Below are positions 9,196-19,091 of a DNA stretch of 64,000 nucleotides, one piece after another. This DNA comes from Dehalococcoidia bacterium (lineage in GTDB: Bacteria; Chloroflexota; Dehalococcoidia; SM23-28-2; HRBIN24). The stretch's first letter is position 1; each line of letters begins with the position of its first letter. The translations under genes and the position numbers were made by a program. Location of the stretch: contig DAOTWZ010000042.1 in NCBI GenBank assembly GCA_034435615.1, positions 1,936-65,935 of the forward strand, read 5' to 3'. A model generated the notes under the pieces. It ran no database searches. It saw nothing but the letters and a program-made list of their open reading frames with translations, and had not been told where the DNA came from.

Positions 9196-9696
9196 GTGGC
9201 TTCTCCCGAGCGCACCGCGGCCGCCTTCGCCAGGCTCTACGAGGAGTGCTACGGCCGGGTCTTCCACTACATCTACTCTCAGGTGCGGGACTTCGAGCTA
9301 GCCCGCGACCTGACGGCTGACGTCTTCGTCCGGGCCTTCGCCCGTTTCCACACGCTGCGCCAGTGGGACTCCCGCCTCCCCTGGCTGCTGGTAATCGCCC
9401 ATAACCTGCTGGCGGCCCACTACCGCCGCCGTCAGCGGGAGCAGGCCTTCGCTCGCTCTCTGCAGGGGTATGGAGAGGCCGAGGTCCAGGAGACGCCGGT
9501 GGCGGAAGACCTCGTCCTGCTGGAGAGCGAGATGGGGCTCCTGAGCCGCCGGGAGCGACAGGCCCTCTCCCTCCGCTTCGACGGCGGACTGACGACGGCC
9601 GAGATCGCCCGCCTCCTGGGAGTGCGAGAGGTAACGGTGCGGGTGCTCCTCTACCGCGCTCTGAAGAAGCTCCGCCGCGCCCTGGAGGGGAGCTAG
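9196..9696 (+). CDS. ECF sigma-70 factor
   Basis: FARLYEECYGRVFHY, DLTADVFVRAF, WLLVIAHN (region 2); RQALSLRF...TAEIARLLG...TVRVLLYRALKKL (region 4). Confidence 0.85.
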   Translation: MASPERTAAAFARLYEECYGRVFHYIYSQVRDFELARDLTADVFVRAFARFHTLRQWDSRLPWLLVIAHNLLAAHYRRRQREQAFARSLQGYGEAEVQETPVAEDLVLLESEMGLLSRRERQALSLRFDGGLTTAEIARLLGVREVTVRVLLYRALKKLRRALEGS

Positions 9697-10595
9697 GCGG
9701 AGGCGGGCTGGAAGCGGTAGATCTCGCCCAGCACCTCCAGGAAGGCGAGGACGGGCCGCGGCCGGCGCCGGTTGCGCCGGTATATGAGGGCGATGGTGCG
9801 GCTGAGGGGGGCGGCGTCCACTATGGGCACCTCCACCAGCACCCCCAGCTCCAGCTCCCGCTCGATGGTGACGCGGGGCACCATGGCGATGCCCAGCCCC
9901 TCCTCCACCATGCGCTTGGTGGCCTCCAGGGAGTCCAGCTCCATGGCCACGTGGGGGACCAACCCCGCCTGGCGGAAGTAGGAGTGAATGAGGCCGAAGT
10001 AGCTGGAGCCGCGGTCGAACAGGATGAGGGGCTGGGTAGCCACCTCCTCCAGACGGGCCTCCCCTCTCTGGGCGAAGGAGTGGTCACGGGGCACCGCCAA
10101 GACTATCTCGTCCTCGTAGAGGGGGACTGTCTCCACCTCCGGGTGCTGGAGGGAGCGCACCAGGCCGGCCTGGACCTCGTCGCTCAGGACCATGCCCAGG
10201 ACCTGCTCAGAGCGGCCGGTGCGCACGGAGACGTTGATCCCGGGGAAGCGGCGGCGGAAGGCGTGCAGGATCTTGGGGAGGACGTAGGTGCTTATGGTGA
10301 GGGCAGAGCCCAGCCGCAGATGGCCCAGCCCCAGGCTGCGCACCTCCTCCACGGCGTCCCGCCCTTCCTTCACCACCTGAAGGATCTTCAGGGCGTGAGG
10401 CAGGAAGGCCTCGCCGGCGTCCGTCAAGCGAACGCCGCGGCCGCCCCGCTCGAAGAGCTCCTCGCCCAGCTCCCGCTCCAGGGACTGGATGCGGGCCGTC
10501 ACGGAGGGCTGGGTGAGCTGCAGGGCCTGGGCGGCACGGCTGAAGCTGAGCTGCTGGGCTACCTGCACGAAGGCCTCGATCTGACTCAGGTCCAT
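9693..10595 (-). CDS. LysR family transcriptional regulator
   Basis: MDLSQIEAFVQVAQQLSFSRAAQALQLTQPSVTARIQSLERELG HTH plus substrate-binding domain. Confidence 0.95.
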   Translation of the reverse strand: MDLSQIEAFVQVAQQLSFSRAAQALQLTQPSVTARIQSLERELGEELFERGGRGVRLTDAGEAFLPHALKILQVVKEGRDAVEEVRSLGLGHLRLGSALTISTYVLPKILHAFRRRFPGINVSVRTGRSEQVLGMVLSDEVQAGLVRSLQHPEVETVPLYEDEIVLAVPRDHSFAQRGEARLEEVATQPLILFDRGSSYFGLIHSYFRQAGLVPHVAMELDSLEATKRMVEEGLGIAMVPRVTIERELELGVLVEVPIVDAAPLSRTIALIYRRNRRRPRPVLAFLEVLGEIYRFQPASA

Positions 10596-10661
10596 CTCCT
10601 GTCCCTCCACACCAGCCTCATGGCATCAGGACTAGTTATACCAGTGTGGGATATCCTGTGG

Positions 10662-10682
10662 CCGATTATATTCTTCTATCGG
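10662..10682. promoter_or_regulatory. LysR-type T-N11-A dyad operator
   Basis: CCGAT-tatattcttct-ATCGG in an AT-rich tract upstream of the LysR gene; minus-strand TATAAC -10 at 10635-40. Confidence 0.65.
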
Positions 10683-10739
10683 GGAAACCGACAACTTTTG
10701 GACGTCGTCCGGCGGCGCTGGCCGGCCCGCCGGGGCGGG

Positions 10740-11051
10740 CTAGGCGGGGCGCACGCCCCGCTTGCGCACGGTCACCTCTCCCCGTACCCGGGCCTGACAG
10801 GCCAGGCGGAGGCGCCCCGTCCGCACCTGCGCCTCGCCGAACTCGGCCGCCAGGGTGCGGCGTTCGCTCCGGCCCAGCGGGTCCAGATTGGCCTCTCCCT
10901 CCTCCACCAGACAGGCGCAACTGGTGCACAGCCCCTGCCCGCCGCAGGTGGTGGGCCAGTAGAGGCCGTGCGCCCAGGCCGCCTCCATGATGGTCTGCCC
11001 CTCCTGGGCCTCCAGGACGAGGCCGGCCGGCAGAACGATGACTCTGGGCAT
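10740..11051 (-). CDS. 2Fe-2S ferredoxin
   Basis: CGGQGLCTSC...RLACQ; ATG 11051 follows GGAGAGGG (alternative start 11069). Confidence 0.88.
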   Translation of the reverse strand: MPRVIVLPAGLVLEAQEGQTIMEAAWAHGLYWPTTCGGQGLCTSCACLVEEGEANLDPLGRSERRTLAAEFGEAQVRTGRLRLACQARVRGEVTVRKRGVRPA

Positions 11052-11137
11052 GACCCTCTCCGCCACCATACTACCACCGCTTGCCCGTGAGCGTTGACGT
11101 CCCCTTATACTGGGGAAAAGAAGCCAGGAAGGCCACC

Positions 11138-11530
11138 ATGAGGGAGCTACCAGCGGAGCTGGCGGGCGAGAGGAGCTTCGTCACCACGCCGGAGATGGGG
11201 ACGAGGCACCTGGGCGATATATCGGTCTACAGCAGCCCGGCCATGGTAGCCCAGTTCGAGGACCTGTGCACCGGCATGCTGGCCCCCTACCTGGACCCCG
11301 GCGAGGGCTCCGTGGGCTACCGGTTGGAGCTGCGCCACCTGGCGCCCACTCTCATCGGTCAGCGGGTGACGCTGCGGGCCCGCGTGCGGGAGGCAGAGGG
11401 CCGGCGCTTTCTCTTCGAGCTGGAGGCCTATAACGATAGCGGCACCAAGATAGGCGAGGGGCTGCACGAGCGACGGGTGGTGGACCTGGGCCGCTTCGCC
11501 GGCCGGCTCGCCCGGGGCGAGGGGAGCTAG
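11138..11530 (+). CDS. FlK-like hotdog thioesterase
   Basis: VYSSPAMVAQFEDLC, SVGYRLELRHLAPT, GEGLHERRVV. Confidence 0.8.
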   Translation: MRELPAELAGERSFVTTPEMGTRHLGDISVYSSPAMVAQFEDLCTGMLAPYLDPGEGSVGYRLELRHLAPTLIGQRVTLRARVREAEGRRFLFELEAYNDSGTKIGEGLHERRVVDLGRFAGRLARGEGS

Positions 11531-11533
11531 GAC

Positions 11534-11956
11534 GTGGACGAGGCGGGCCGCCCCTCCCTGGACGAGCTTCCCCGGGGCTACCGCTTCCCGCCCGTCACCT
11601 ACACCCTGGACCCTGACTGGGTGGCGGAATACCTGTCGGCGGTGGAGGACGCAGCCACCCCGGCCCTGGGGGCAGGGCTGGTGCCGGGGATGGCCCTGGC
11701 CACCCTGGCGGTGCGTGCCCTCCTGGAGCAGGTGCGGCTGCCGCCGGGCGCTGTCCACCTCTCCCAGGAGGTGCAGCTCCAGCGGGCCGTTCAGGCGGGG
11801 GAGAGGGTCACCGCCGAGGCCAGCATCGTCAGCCGGGGGGAGCGGCAGGGCTGGCTCCTCCTCACCATCGAGATGGCGGCCCGCGACGCCCGAGGAGAGC
11901 CCGTGATGACCGGCCGTGCCACCCTGGGGATGCCGGTGGAGGGCGCCACCCCATGA
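11534..11956 (+). CDS. MaoC/HadA-like hotdog protein without a catalytic motif
   Basis: Single hotdog fold (VHLSQEVQLQRAVQAGE); no D-x-N-P-x-H motif; overlaps the next gene by ATGA. Confidence 0.7.
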   Translation: MDEAGRPSLDELPRGYRFPPVTYTLDPDWVAEYLSAVEDAATPALGAGLVPGMALATLAVRALLEQVRLPPGAVHLSQEVQLQRAVQAGERVTAEASIVSRGERQGWLLLTIEMAARDARGEPVMTGRATLGMPVEGATP

Positions 11957-12375
11957 GGGAGAGGGACGCGCCGGCCCTGCGGACGGGAGCGGAGCTGCCC
12001 CGTCTGGAGAGGCGACTGGACCAGGCGAAGATAGACCGCTACGCCCGTGTGAGCGGCGACCATAACCCCCTGCACACGGACCCTGCCTTCGCCGCGGGCA
12101 CCCCCTTCGGGGGGACAGTGGCCCACGGGATGCTGCTGCTGGCCTATCTGTCGGAGCTGATGACCCTGGCCTTCGGGCGGCGCTGGCTGGAGGCGGGCCG
12201 GCTGCGGGCCCGCTTCCGGGCGCCCGCCCGCCCTGGCGATACCGTAGCCGTCGGTGGCCGGGTGACAGGGGCGCAGGGAGGACAGGTCACCTGCACCCTG
12301 GAGTGCCGCAACCAGCGGGGGGAGCTGCTGGTGAGCGCGGAGGCGCAGCTACCGGCCCCCGCCGAGGCGAGTTAG
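11953..12375 (+). CDS. MaoC/HadB-like (R)-hydroxyacyl dehydratase
   Basis: YARVSGDHNPLHTD hydratase-2 motif, AHGML. Confidence 0.88.
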   Translation: MRERDAPALRTGAELPRLERRLDQAKIDRYARVSGDHNPLHTDPAFAAGTPFGGTVAHGMLLLAYLSELMTLAFGRRWLEAGRLRARFRAPARPGDTVAVGGRVTGAQGGQVTCTLECRNQRGELLVSAEAQLPAPAEAS

Positions 12376-12381
12376 GAGGTG

Positions 12382-13644
12382 ATGGTCCTGACGAGAGCGG
12401 TGATTACCGGCCTGGGCTGTATAACGCCCATCGGCCTCAGCGTGGAGGAGTTCTGGAGCAACCTGGTGGCGGGGGTGTCCGGGGTGGGGCCCATAACCGC
12501 CTTTGATGCCAGCGGTCTGGGCTGCCGCATCGCCGCCGAGGTGAAGGGGTTCGACCCCACAGACTACATGGACGCCAAGACGGCCAGGCGCTGCGGCCGC
12601 TTCAGCCAGTTCGCCCTGGCGGCCGCCGCCCAGGCGGTGGAGGACGCCGCCCTGCCCCTGGAGCGGCTCGACCCCTGGTCGGTGGGGGTGGTGATGAACA
12701 CCGGGGGCGGCGACGTGCCGGACATCGCCGAAGGGGAGCGGACCTTCCTGGAGAAGGGGCCGGGGCGACTGAGCGCCTTCCTGGTGCCCCAGCTAGCCCC
12801 CAACATGCCGTCCTGTCAGATAGCCATGCGCTACGGCATACGGGGGCCGGTCATCACCTCGGTGGCGGCCTGCGCCGCCGGCGCCTACGCCTTCGTGGAG
12901 GCCAAGTGGCTGCTGGACCGGGGCGAGGCGGACGTGGTCATCGTGGGGGGAACGGAGGCGAGCCTCCATCCCCTGACCATCGCTGCCTTCGACAACATGC
13001 GCGCTCTCTCCCGCCGCAACGACGACCCGCCAGCGGCCTGCCGCCCCTTCGACAAGGACCGCGATGGCTTCGTCTTCGGCGAGGGGGCGGTGGCCATGGT
13101 GATGGAGCGGCTGGAGACGGCGCTGGCCCGCGGCGCCCGCATCTACGCCGAGGTGGCGGGGGGCGCTCTCACCAGCGACGCTTACCACATCACGGCGCCG
13201 GAGCCCTCGGGGGAGGCGGCCGCCGAGGCGATGCGCCGGGCGGTGCGGTCGGCTGGCCTCTCCCCGGATGAGGTGGACTACGTGGTGGCCCATGGCACCG
13301 GCACCCCCCTGAACGATGTGACGGAGACGCTGGCCATCAAGCGGGTCTTCGGCGAGCACGCCTACCGGCTGGCCATCAGCTCCCCCAAGTCCATGGTGGG
13401 ACACCTGCTGGGGGCGGCGGGCGCCCTCTCGGCCCTGGCCGGGGTGCTGGCCATCCGGGACGGCGTCATCCCTCCTACCATCAACCTGGACGAGCCGGAC
13501 CCCGAATGCGACCTGGACTACGTGCCCAAGACGGCCCGCCAGGCCCCGGTGCGGACCGTGCTGGTCAACGCCTTCGGGTTCGGGGGACAGAACGCCGCCG
13601 TCCTCCTCCGCCGCTATGAGGGAGATCAGGGAGCTCACCGATAG
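12382..13644 (+). CDS. fabF: Beta-ketoacyl-ACP synthase II
   Basis: TSVAACAAG (Cys), HGTGTPLND, KSMVGHLLGAAG, NAFGFGGQN. Confidence 0.93.
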   Translation: MVLTRAVITGLGCITPIGLSVEEFWSNLVAGVSGVGPITAFDASGLGCRIAAEVKGFDPTDYMDAKTARRCGRFSQFALAAAAQAVEDAALPLERLDPWSVGVVMNTGGGDVPDIAEGERTFLEKGPGRLSAFLVPQLAPNMPSCQIAMRYGIRGPVITSVAACAAGAYAFVEAKWLLDRGEADVVIVGGTEASLHPLTIAAFDNMRALSRRNDDPPAACRPFDKDRDGFVFGEGAVAMVMERLETALARGARIYAEVAGGALTSDAYHITAPEPSGEAAAEAMRRAVRSAGLSPDEVDYVVAHGTGTPLNDVTETLAIKRVFGEHAYRLAISSPKSMVGHLLGAAGALSALAGVLAIRDGVIPPTINLDEPDPECDLDYVPKTARQAPVRTVLVNAFGFGGQNAAVLLRRYEGDQGAHR

Positions 13645-14077
13645 CCCCCGCAACCTCTGCTTCGGCTGCGGACGCTCCAACCCGGAGGGGCTGCGCATCG
13701 CCCTGCGGCTGGAGGGGGAGGAGGTGGTGGGGGAGCTGGCCTTCCGGCGGGAGCACCAGGGCTTCCCGGGGCGGGCCCACGGCGGCCTGGCGGCGGCCGC
13801 CCTGGACGAGGCGATGGGCTGGGCCGTCTACGCCCGGGATGGCTGGGCCGTCACCCTGCGCATGGTGGTCCGCTTCCGCCGGCCCCTGCCGGTGGGAGAG
13901 ACGCTGACGGTGCGGGGGCGGGTAGTGGAGGGCCGGGGGCGGCGGCGCCTGGCCCGCGCCTGGCTGACCGACGCCGAGGGCCAGGTGCTGGCGGAGGCGG
14001 AGGGGCTCTTTCTCCTCCTCTCGGCCGAGGAGACGGAACGGCTGCGAGAGGCCTTCCTAACCCCGCCCGGGGCCTGA
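13616..14077 (+). CDS. PaaI family thioesterase
   Basis: CFGCGRSNPEGL, HQGFPGRAHGGLAAAALDEAMG. Confidence 0.85.
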   Translation: MREIRELTDSPRNLCFGCGRSNPEGLRIALRLEGEEVVGELAFRREHQGFPGRAHGGLAAAALDEAMGWAVYARDGWAVTLRMVVRFRRPLPVGETLTVRGRVVEGRGRRRLARAWLTDAEGQVLAEAEGLFLLLSAEETERLREAFLTPPGA

Positions 14078-14116
14078 GCCCGCGCCCCCTGGAGCATAAG
14101 GGGCCGCTGTCCTAGC

Positions 14117-15046
14117 ATGGGCACGATGGCCCTTTCCCAGACGTTGCGGCAGCCCGGGCCGGAGGAGCGGTTGGTCCCCGGCCTGCGCTGGCTCTTCCAG
14201 GCGGAACGGGCCCTGGCTGGCCTCGTCCCCCTGGAGCTGGGCTACCTGGTGGCCCGCCCGGTGGCCGATGCTGTCCACGCCCTCTGGCGGAGCAAGCGGG
14301 AGGCAGCCCGCCGCAACTACGCTCGCCTCCTCCATCGCCGCCCGGACGACCCGCAGGTGCGGCGGCTGGCCCGGGCGAGCTTCCGCCACTTCGCCATGTC
14401 CATAGCCGAGCTCCTGCTGGTGCACGGCTGGACGCCAGAGGACCTGCGGGACCGCGTCACCGTCCACGGGGAGGAGCACCTGTGGGAGGCGCAGGCCCAC
14501 GGCCGCGGGACCATCTTCGTCAGCGCCCACATGGGGAGCACGGAGGTGGCCAGCGCCCTCCTGCTCATCTACGGCCACCGAGTCACTTCCGTGATGAACT
14601 CCCTGCGCCCGTTATGGCTCCATCAGTGGGTCGTCCTCTCGCGGGCGCAGATGGGGGTGACCCTGCTGCCCCCGGAGGGGACGGGGCTGCGGCTGCTGCG
14701 GGAGCTGCGCCGCAACGGGCTGGTGGCCCTGGTACTGGACCTGGGGGTGCAGAACGGGGACGGCCGGCCGGTGAGCTTCTTCGGCCATCGAACCTTCTTC
14801 CCCACGGCGCCGGCGCGGCTGGCCCGCCTCAGCGGGGCGCCCATCGTCCTGGGGCTGGCGGTGCGCCAGCGGGGAGGGCGCTTCACCGCCTACATCTGCC
14901 CGCCCGTCCTGCCCGAGCGGGGCGGCGATCCGGAGGAGGACGCCTACCTCACCACCCAGCGGGTGGTGCAGGAGCTGGAGCGGTTCGTGGCCCGCTACCC
15001 GGCCCAGTGGTATCCCTTCCGGGACATGTTCCCGGCCGAGGACTAG
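14117..15046 (+). CDS. LpxL/PatA-like lipid acyltransferase
   Basis: SAHMGSTE (H-x4-E), LVLD, VSFFG, PARLARLSGAPI, YPAQWY. Confidence 0.82.
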   Translation: MGTMALSQTLRQPGPEERLVPGLRWLFQAERALAGLVPLELGYLVARPVADAVHALWRSKREAARRNYARLLHRRPDDPQVRRLARASFRHFAMSIAELLLVHGWTPEDLRDRVTVHGEEHLWEAQAHGRGTIFVSAHMGSTEVASALLLIYGHRVTSVMNSLRPLWLHQWVVLSRAQMGVTLLPPEGTGLRLLRELRRNGLVALVLDLGVQNGDGRPVSFFGHRTFFPTAPARLARLSGAPIVLGLAVRQRGGRFTAYICPPVLPERGGDPEEDAYLTTQRVVQELERFVARYPAQWYPFRDMFPAED

Positions 15047-15061
15047 CGAGGGCGACCGCGA

Positions 15062-15832
15062 CTACTCCCTGGGGACGACGCCCAGGGCCTGGAGCTCCCG
15101 TATCATCACCACCTGGCCGGTATACTGGGGCGGCTGGCCCAGCAGCCAGAGAATGCACCTGGCCGCCAGCTCCGGCTTCTCCCAGGTGGAGACGTCCACG
15201 TCCGGGTTGAGGAAGGTCCAGCCCTCGGACGCCAGGTCCATCTCGATGCGCAGGCAGTTGACGGCCACGCCGGTGCCCGCCAGCTCCCAGCCCAGCCCCT
15301 CCGTGAACTTCTCCACCGCCATCTTGGAGACGCTGTAGGCCAGCGCCCCCTTCACGCGGCCGATGGCCATGTAGGAGGAAAGGTTGATGATGTGGCCGTT
15401 GCCCTGACGCAGCATGTGGGGGAGGACCAGGTGGGTGCAGAGGACGGTGCCCCGAAGGTTCACGTTCATCACCAGGTCCCAGCGGCGCAGGGGCAGCTCG
15501 GCGAAGACGGAGGGGGAGTTGACGGCAGCGTTATTGACCAGGATGTCGATGCGGCCGAACTCCTGCAGGGTGCGCTCCACCAGGGACTGCACCTGCTCGT
15601 CCTTGGTGATGTCGGTGGGGATGGCCAGGGCTCGCCGGCCCAGCGCCTCCACCTGCCGGGCCGTGTCCTCGATGGTGCCGGGGAGACGGGACGGGCTCTC
15701 GCTGGTGCTGCGGGCAGCCACCACCACGTGAGCGCCCGCCCGCGCCAGGGCCAGGGCGGTGTCCCGCCCGATGCCCCTGGAGGCCCCGGTGACGATGGCG
15801 ACTTTACCGGTGAGGTCTATTTGCCGCTCCAT
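15062..15832 (-). CDS. SDR family oxidoreductase
   Basis: TGASRGIG, NNA, YSVSK. Confidence 0.92.
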   Translation of the reverse strand: MERQIDLTGKVAIVTGASRGIGRDTALALARAGAHVVVAARSTSESPSRLPGTIEDTARQVEALGRRALAIPTDITKDEQVQSLVERTLQEFGRIDILVNNAAVNSPSVFAELPLRRWDLVMNVNLRGTVLCTHLVLPHMLRQGNGHIINLSSYMAIGRVKGALAYSVSKMAVEKFTEGLGWELAGTGVAVNCLRIEMDLASEGWTFLNPDVDVSTWEKPELAARCILWLLGQPPQYTGQVVMIRELQALGVVPRE

Positions 15833-15944
15833 AGCAGCCCTATAATAGCAGCCTCTCGGCGCTAGGGCGAGAAGGCAGGTGTCCAGAAGGGCCAGCTATG
15901 CTATTATCCTGAACTGGAAGGGCAGGCTTCCTGAGGGAGCTGAT

Positions 15945-16163
15945 ATGGCCAAACGGGAATTCCGCTTCGCTGCCGATGAGAGAGGGCTCAGGGTGATAGC
16001 CCAGAAGCTCGTCGGTCAGGTCATCAAGTACTGGGAGGAGGACGGCGTCCTGCGGGAGGGGCGCGTGACCGCCGCCGAGATCAAGCGGGACCGTTACGGC
16101 AATCCCTTCATCGAGGTGGACGTGGAGGAGGTCCCCACGGACGGCAGCGGAGCTACCGCCTGA
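15945..16163 (+). CDS. Small beta-rich hypothetical protein
   Basis: 72 aa with SD GAGGGAG; normal codon usage. Confidence 0.6.
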   Translation: MAKREFRFAADERGLRVIAQKLVGQVIKYWEEDGVLREGRVTAAEIKRDRYGNPFIEVDVEEVPTDGSGATA

Positions 16164-16201
16164 GATGTTCGATCCGCCACATCCCTCCCGAGCGATGTTC
16201 G

Positions 16202-17485
16202 ATGGCTGAGGTACGCCCCTTTCGCGCTCTCCGATTCTCCGCCGGCATCGGCCTAGGCAGCGTCATCTGCCCCCCCTTCGATGTCATATCGACCGAGGAG
16301 CAGGACGCCCTGTACGAGCGCAGCCCCTACAACGCCGTCCGCCTGGAGCTGCCCCGCGGCAACGGCGACCGCTATCAGCGGGCGGCCACCACCCTGCGGA
16401 GCTGGGTAGCCCAGGGGGTGCTGAAGCAGGAGCCCTCGCCGGCCTTCTATCTGCTGGAGCAGGGGTTCACGCACCGGGGCCGGCAGTACCGCCGGCGGGC
16501 CCTCTTCGGGCGGGTGGGCCTGGAGCCCTGGGAGACCGGCGTCGTCCGCCCCCACGAGCGGACGCTGGGCCCCCCCAAGGAGGACCGGCTCAATCTGCTG
16601 CGGGCGGTGCGGGCCAACATCAGCCCCATCTTCGGCCTCTACGATGACCCGGATGGGGAGATAGATGCCATCCTGCAACGGACGACGGAGCGCATCCCTC
16701 CTCTGGCCCGCTTCCAGGACCCGGAGGGCCAGGAGTACGTCCTGTGGCGGCTGGACGAGCTGGGGTTCATCAGGGTGATTCAGGAGAAGCTGGCGGGACG
16801 CACCATATACATCGCCGATGGCCATCACCGCTACGAGACGGCGCTGCTGTACCGCGACGAGCGCCACCGGCAGGCCAAGGAGTGGACAGGCGAGGAGCCG
16901 GAGAACTTCGTCCTGATGGGGCTGGTGGCGGCCACCGACCCCGGCCTGGTCCTGTTGCCCCTCCACCGCCTGGTGCGGTCGTCGGTGCCCCTGGACCGGG
17001 CCCTAGAGGCCCTGATGCCCGTCTTCGACATCGAGCTGGTCAGCTCCCTGCCCCGCCTGCTGGAACTGCTGGAGGAGCGGGGGAAGGCCATCACCACCTT
17101 GGGGATGGCGGCCGCCAGCTCACCGGACCTCTATCTGCTATCGGCGCTGGACGTGGAGGCCATCGCCCGCCTGCTGCCGCCCGATGCCCCCCGCCAGTGG
17201 GCCCACATAGACACGGCGGTGCTCCAGGTGGCCGTCCTCTCGCCGGCCCTGGGGATCGACGAGGCGCAGGTGCAGAGGGGCGAGGCCGTCCAGTACACGG
17301 AGGACGCGGAGGAGGCGCTGGCGCTGGTGCGGCAGGGCCACTTCGATTACGCCTTCTTCGTGAACCCGGCCCGGCCCCGCCAGATCATGAAGGTGGCCGA
17401 TGCCGGACAGCGCATGCCTCCCAAGTCCACTTACTTCTACCCCAAGCTGCCGGCGGGGCTCCTAATCAACCCCCTGGACGCCTGA
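16202..17485 (+). CDS. DUF1015 family protein (ParB/Srx-like fold)
   Basis: PPFDVI, PHERT, YIADGHHRYETA, MPPKSTYFYPKL. Confidence 0.92.
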   Translation: MAEVRPFRALRFSAGIGLGSVICPPFDVISTEEQDALYERSPYNAVRLELPRGNGDRYQRAATTLRSWVAQGVLKQEPSPAFYLLEQGFTHRGRQYRRRALFGRVGLEPWETGVVRPHERTLGPPKEDRLNLLRAVRANISPIFGLYDDPDGEIDAILQRTTERIPPLARFQDPEGQEYVLWRLDELGFIRVIQEKLAGRTIYIADGHHRYETALLYRDERHRQAKEWTGEEPENFVLMGLVAATDPGLVLLPLHRLVRSSVPLDRALEALMPVFDIELVSSLPRLLELLEERGKAITTLGMAAASSPDLYLLSALDVEAIARLLPPDAPRQWAHIDTAVLQVAVLSPALGIDEAQVQRGEAVQYTEDAEEALALVRQGHFDYAFFVNPARPRQIMKVADAGQRMPPKSTYFYPKLPAGLLINPLDA

Positions 17486-17495
17486 GGCGGCGGCC

Positions 17496-19091
17496 CTACA
17501 GCCTGGCCTGGCGGGCGGAGTAGATGTTCGGTATCTGGCGGACGGCGTTGAGCTGCTCCGGGGTGAGGGGCTCGTCCAGGGTGAGGACCATGAGGGCGCG
17601 GCCTCTCTTCTCGTGGCGCCCCACATTCATGAAGCTGATGTTGACGTCGAAGCTGCCCAGGAGGGTGCCCACGGCGCCGATCATGCCCGGCCGGTCCTGG
17701 TTCTCGCAGACCAGGAGGTAGCCCTCCGCCGGCGGTATGTCCACCGGGAACTCGTTGATGGCGACGATGTGGGGGCCATCGTGGGCCAGGGTGCCGGAGA
17801 CGGTGGTGCGCTGGCCGTCCGGCCCGCGGATGGTGACGCTGATGAGGTTGGCGTAGGTCTCGTGGGAGGGGCCGCGCCGCTCGGTGACCCGCAGCCCCCG
17901 CCGCTGGACGACGATGTCCACGTTGACGATGTTGACGTGCTCCTCGCTGATGGGGGCCAGGAGCCCCCGCACGGCCGCCGCCCGCAAGGGCGTGGTATCG
18001 TGGGCGGCTACCTCGCCGGCGTAGTCTATCTCCACCTCGCCCAGGTGGCACTCGCATAGCTGGACGGCCAGTGAGGCGGTGCGCATGGCCACGGGCAGGT
18101 AGGGGGCCAGGAAGGAGTAGGTCTCGGGCGGTATGAGGGGAGCATTGACGGCGTAGCGGGCGGGCTCTCCCCGCAGGACAGCCAGCACCTGCTCCACCAC
18201 GTCCAGGGCCACCCGCTCCTGGGCCTCGGCGGTGGAGGCGCCCAGGTGGGGCGTCACCACGGTATTGTCGAGCTGGAAGAGGGGATGCCGGGTGAGGGGC
18301 TCCTGGGCGAAGACGTCTACGGCAGCGCCGGCGATCCAGCCCTCCGTCAGGGCGCGGCAGAGGGCCTCTTCGTCGACGATGCCGCCGCGGGCGGTGTTGA
18401 TGAGGCGGGCGGACGGCTTCATCAGGCGCAGCTCGTCCTCGCCGATGAGGCCGCGCGTCGCCTCGGTGAGGGGGGTGTGGATGGAGATGAAGTCGGACTG
18501 GCGGAGGAGGGCCTCCAGACCCACCAGCTCCACGCCGATGACGCGGGCCCGCTCCGGGGGGACGTAGGGGTCGTAGGCGAGGACGCGCATCTCCAGGCCG
18601 CGGGCCCGCCGGGCCACCTCCGAGCCCACCTGTCCCAGGCCGACGAGGCCCAGGGTCTTGCCTCGCACCTCCACGCCCAGGAAGCGCTCCCGCTCCCACT
18701 GGCCGCGGCGCAGGCTGGCATCGGCCTGGGGGATGTTGCGAGCCAGCGCCAGCATGAGGGCGATGGTGTGCTCGGCGGCGGAGATGGTGTTGCCGGTGGG
18801 GGCGTTGACCACCAGGACGCCACGCTCCGTGGCCCGCCCCAGATCCACGTTGTCCACTCCCGTCCCCGCCCGGCCGATGACCTGGAGGTTGGCGGCAGCG
18901 TCTATGACCTCGGCCGTCACCTTGGTCTGGCTGCGGACGATGAGGGCGTGGTAGGGGGGCACCACCCGGGCCAGCTCCTGGGGGGAGAGGCCGGTCTTGA
19001 CCTCCACCTCCACGCCCGACTGGCGGAGGAGCTCGATGCCGTCCTGGGCGATGGGGTCGCAGACGAGGACGCGGGCGTTGAGGTCAGGCAT
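17496..19091 (-). CDS. serA: D-3-phosphoglycerate dehydrogenase with ASB and ACT domains
   Basis: [33 protein letters not shown]-terminal [11 protein letters not shown] domain. Confidence 0.95.
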   Translation of the reverse strand: MPDLNARVLVCDPIAQDGIELLRQSGVEVEVKTGLSPQELARVVPPYHALIVRSQTKVTAEVIDAAANLQVIGRAGTGVDNVDLGRATERGVLVVNAPTGNTISAAEHTIALMLALARNIPQADASLRRGQWERERFLGVEVRGKTLGLVGLGQVGSEVARRARGLEMRVLAYDPYVPPERARVIGVELVGLEALLRQSDFISIHTPLTEATRGLIGEDELRLMKPSARLINTARGGIVDEEALCRALTEGWIAGAAVDVFAQEPLTRHPLFQLDNTVVTPHLGASTAEAQERVALDVVEQVLAVLRGEPARYAVNAPLIPPETYSFLAPYLPVAMRTASLAVQLCECHLGEVEIDYAGEVAAHDTTPLRAAAVRGLLAPISEEHVNIVNVDIVVQRRGLRVTERRGPSHETYANLISVTIRGPDGQRTTVSGTLAHDGPHIVAINEFPVDIPPAEGYLLVCENQDRPGMIGAVGTLLGSFDVNISFMNVGRHEKRGRALMVLTLDEPLTPEQLNAVRQIPNIYSARQARL

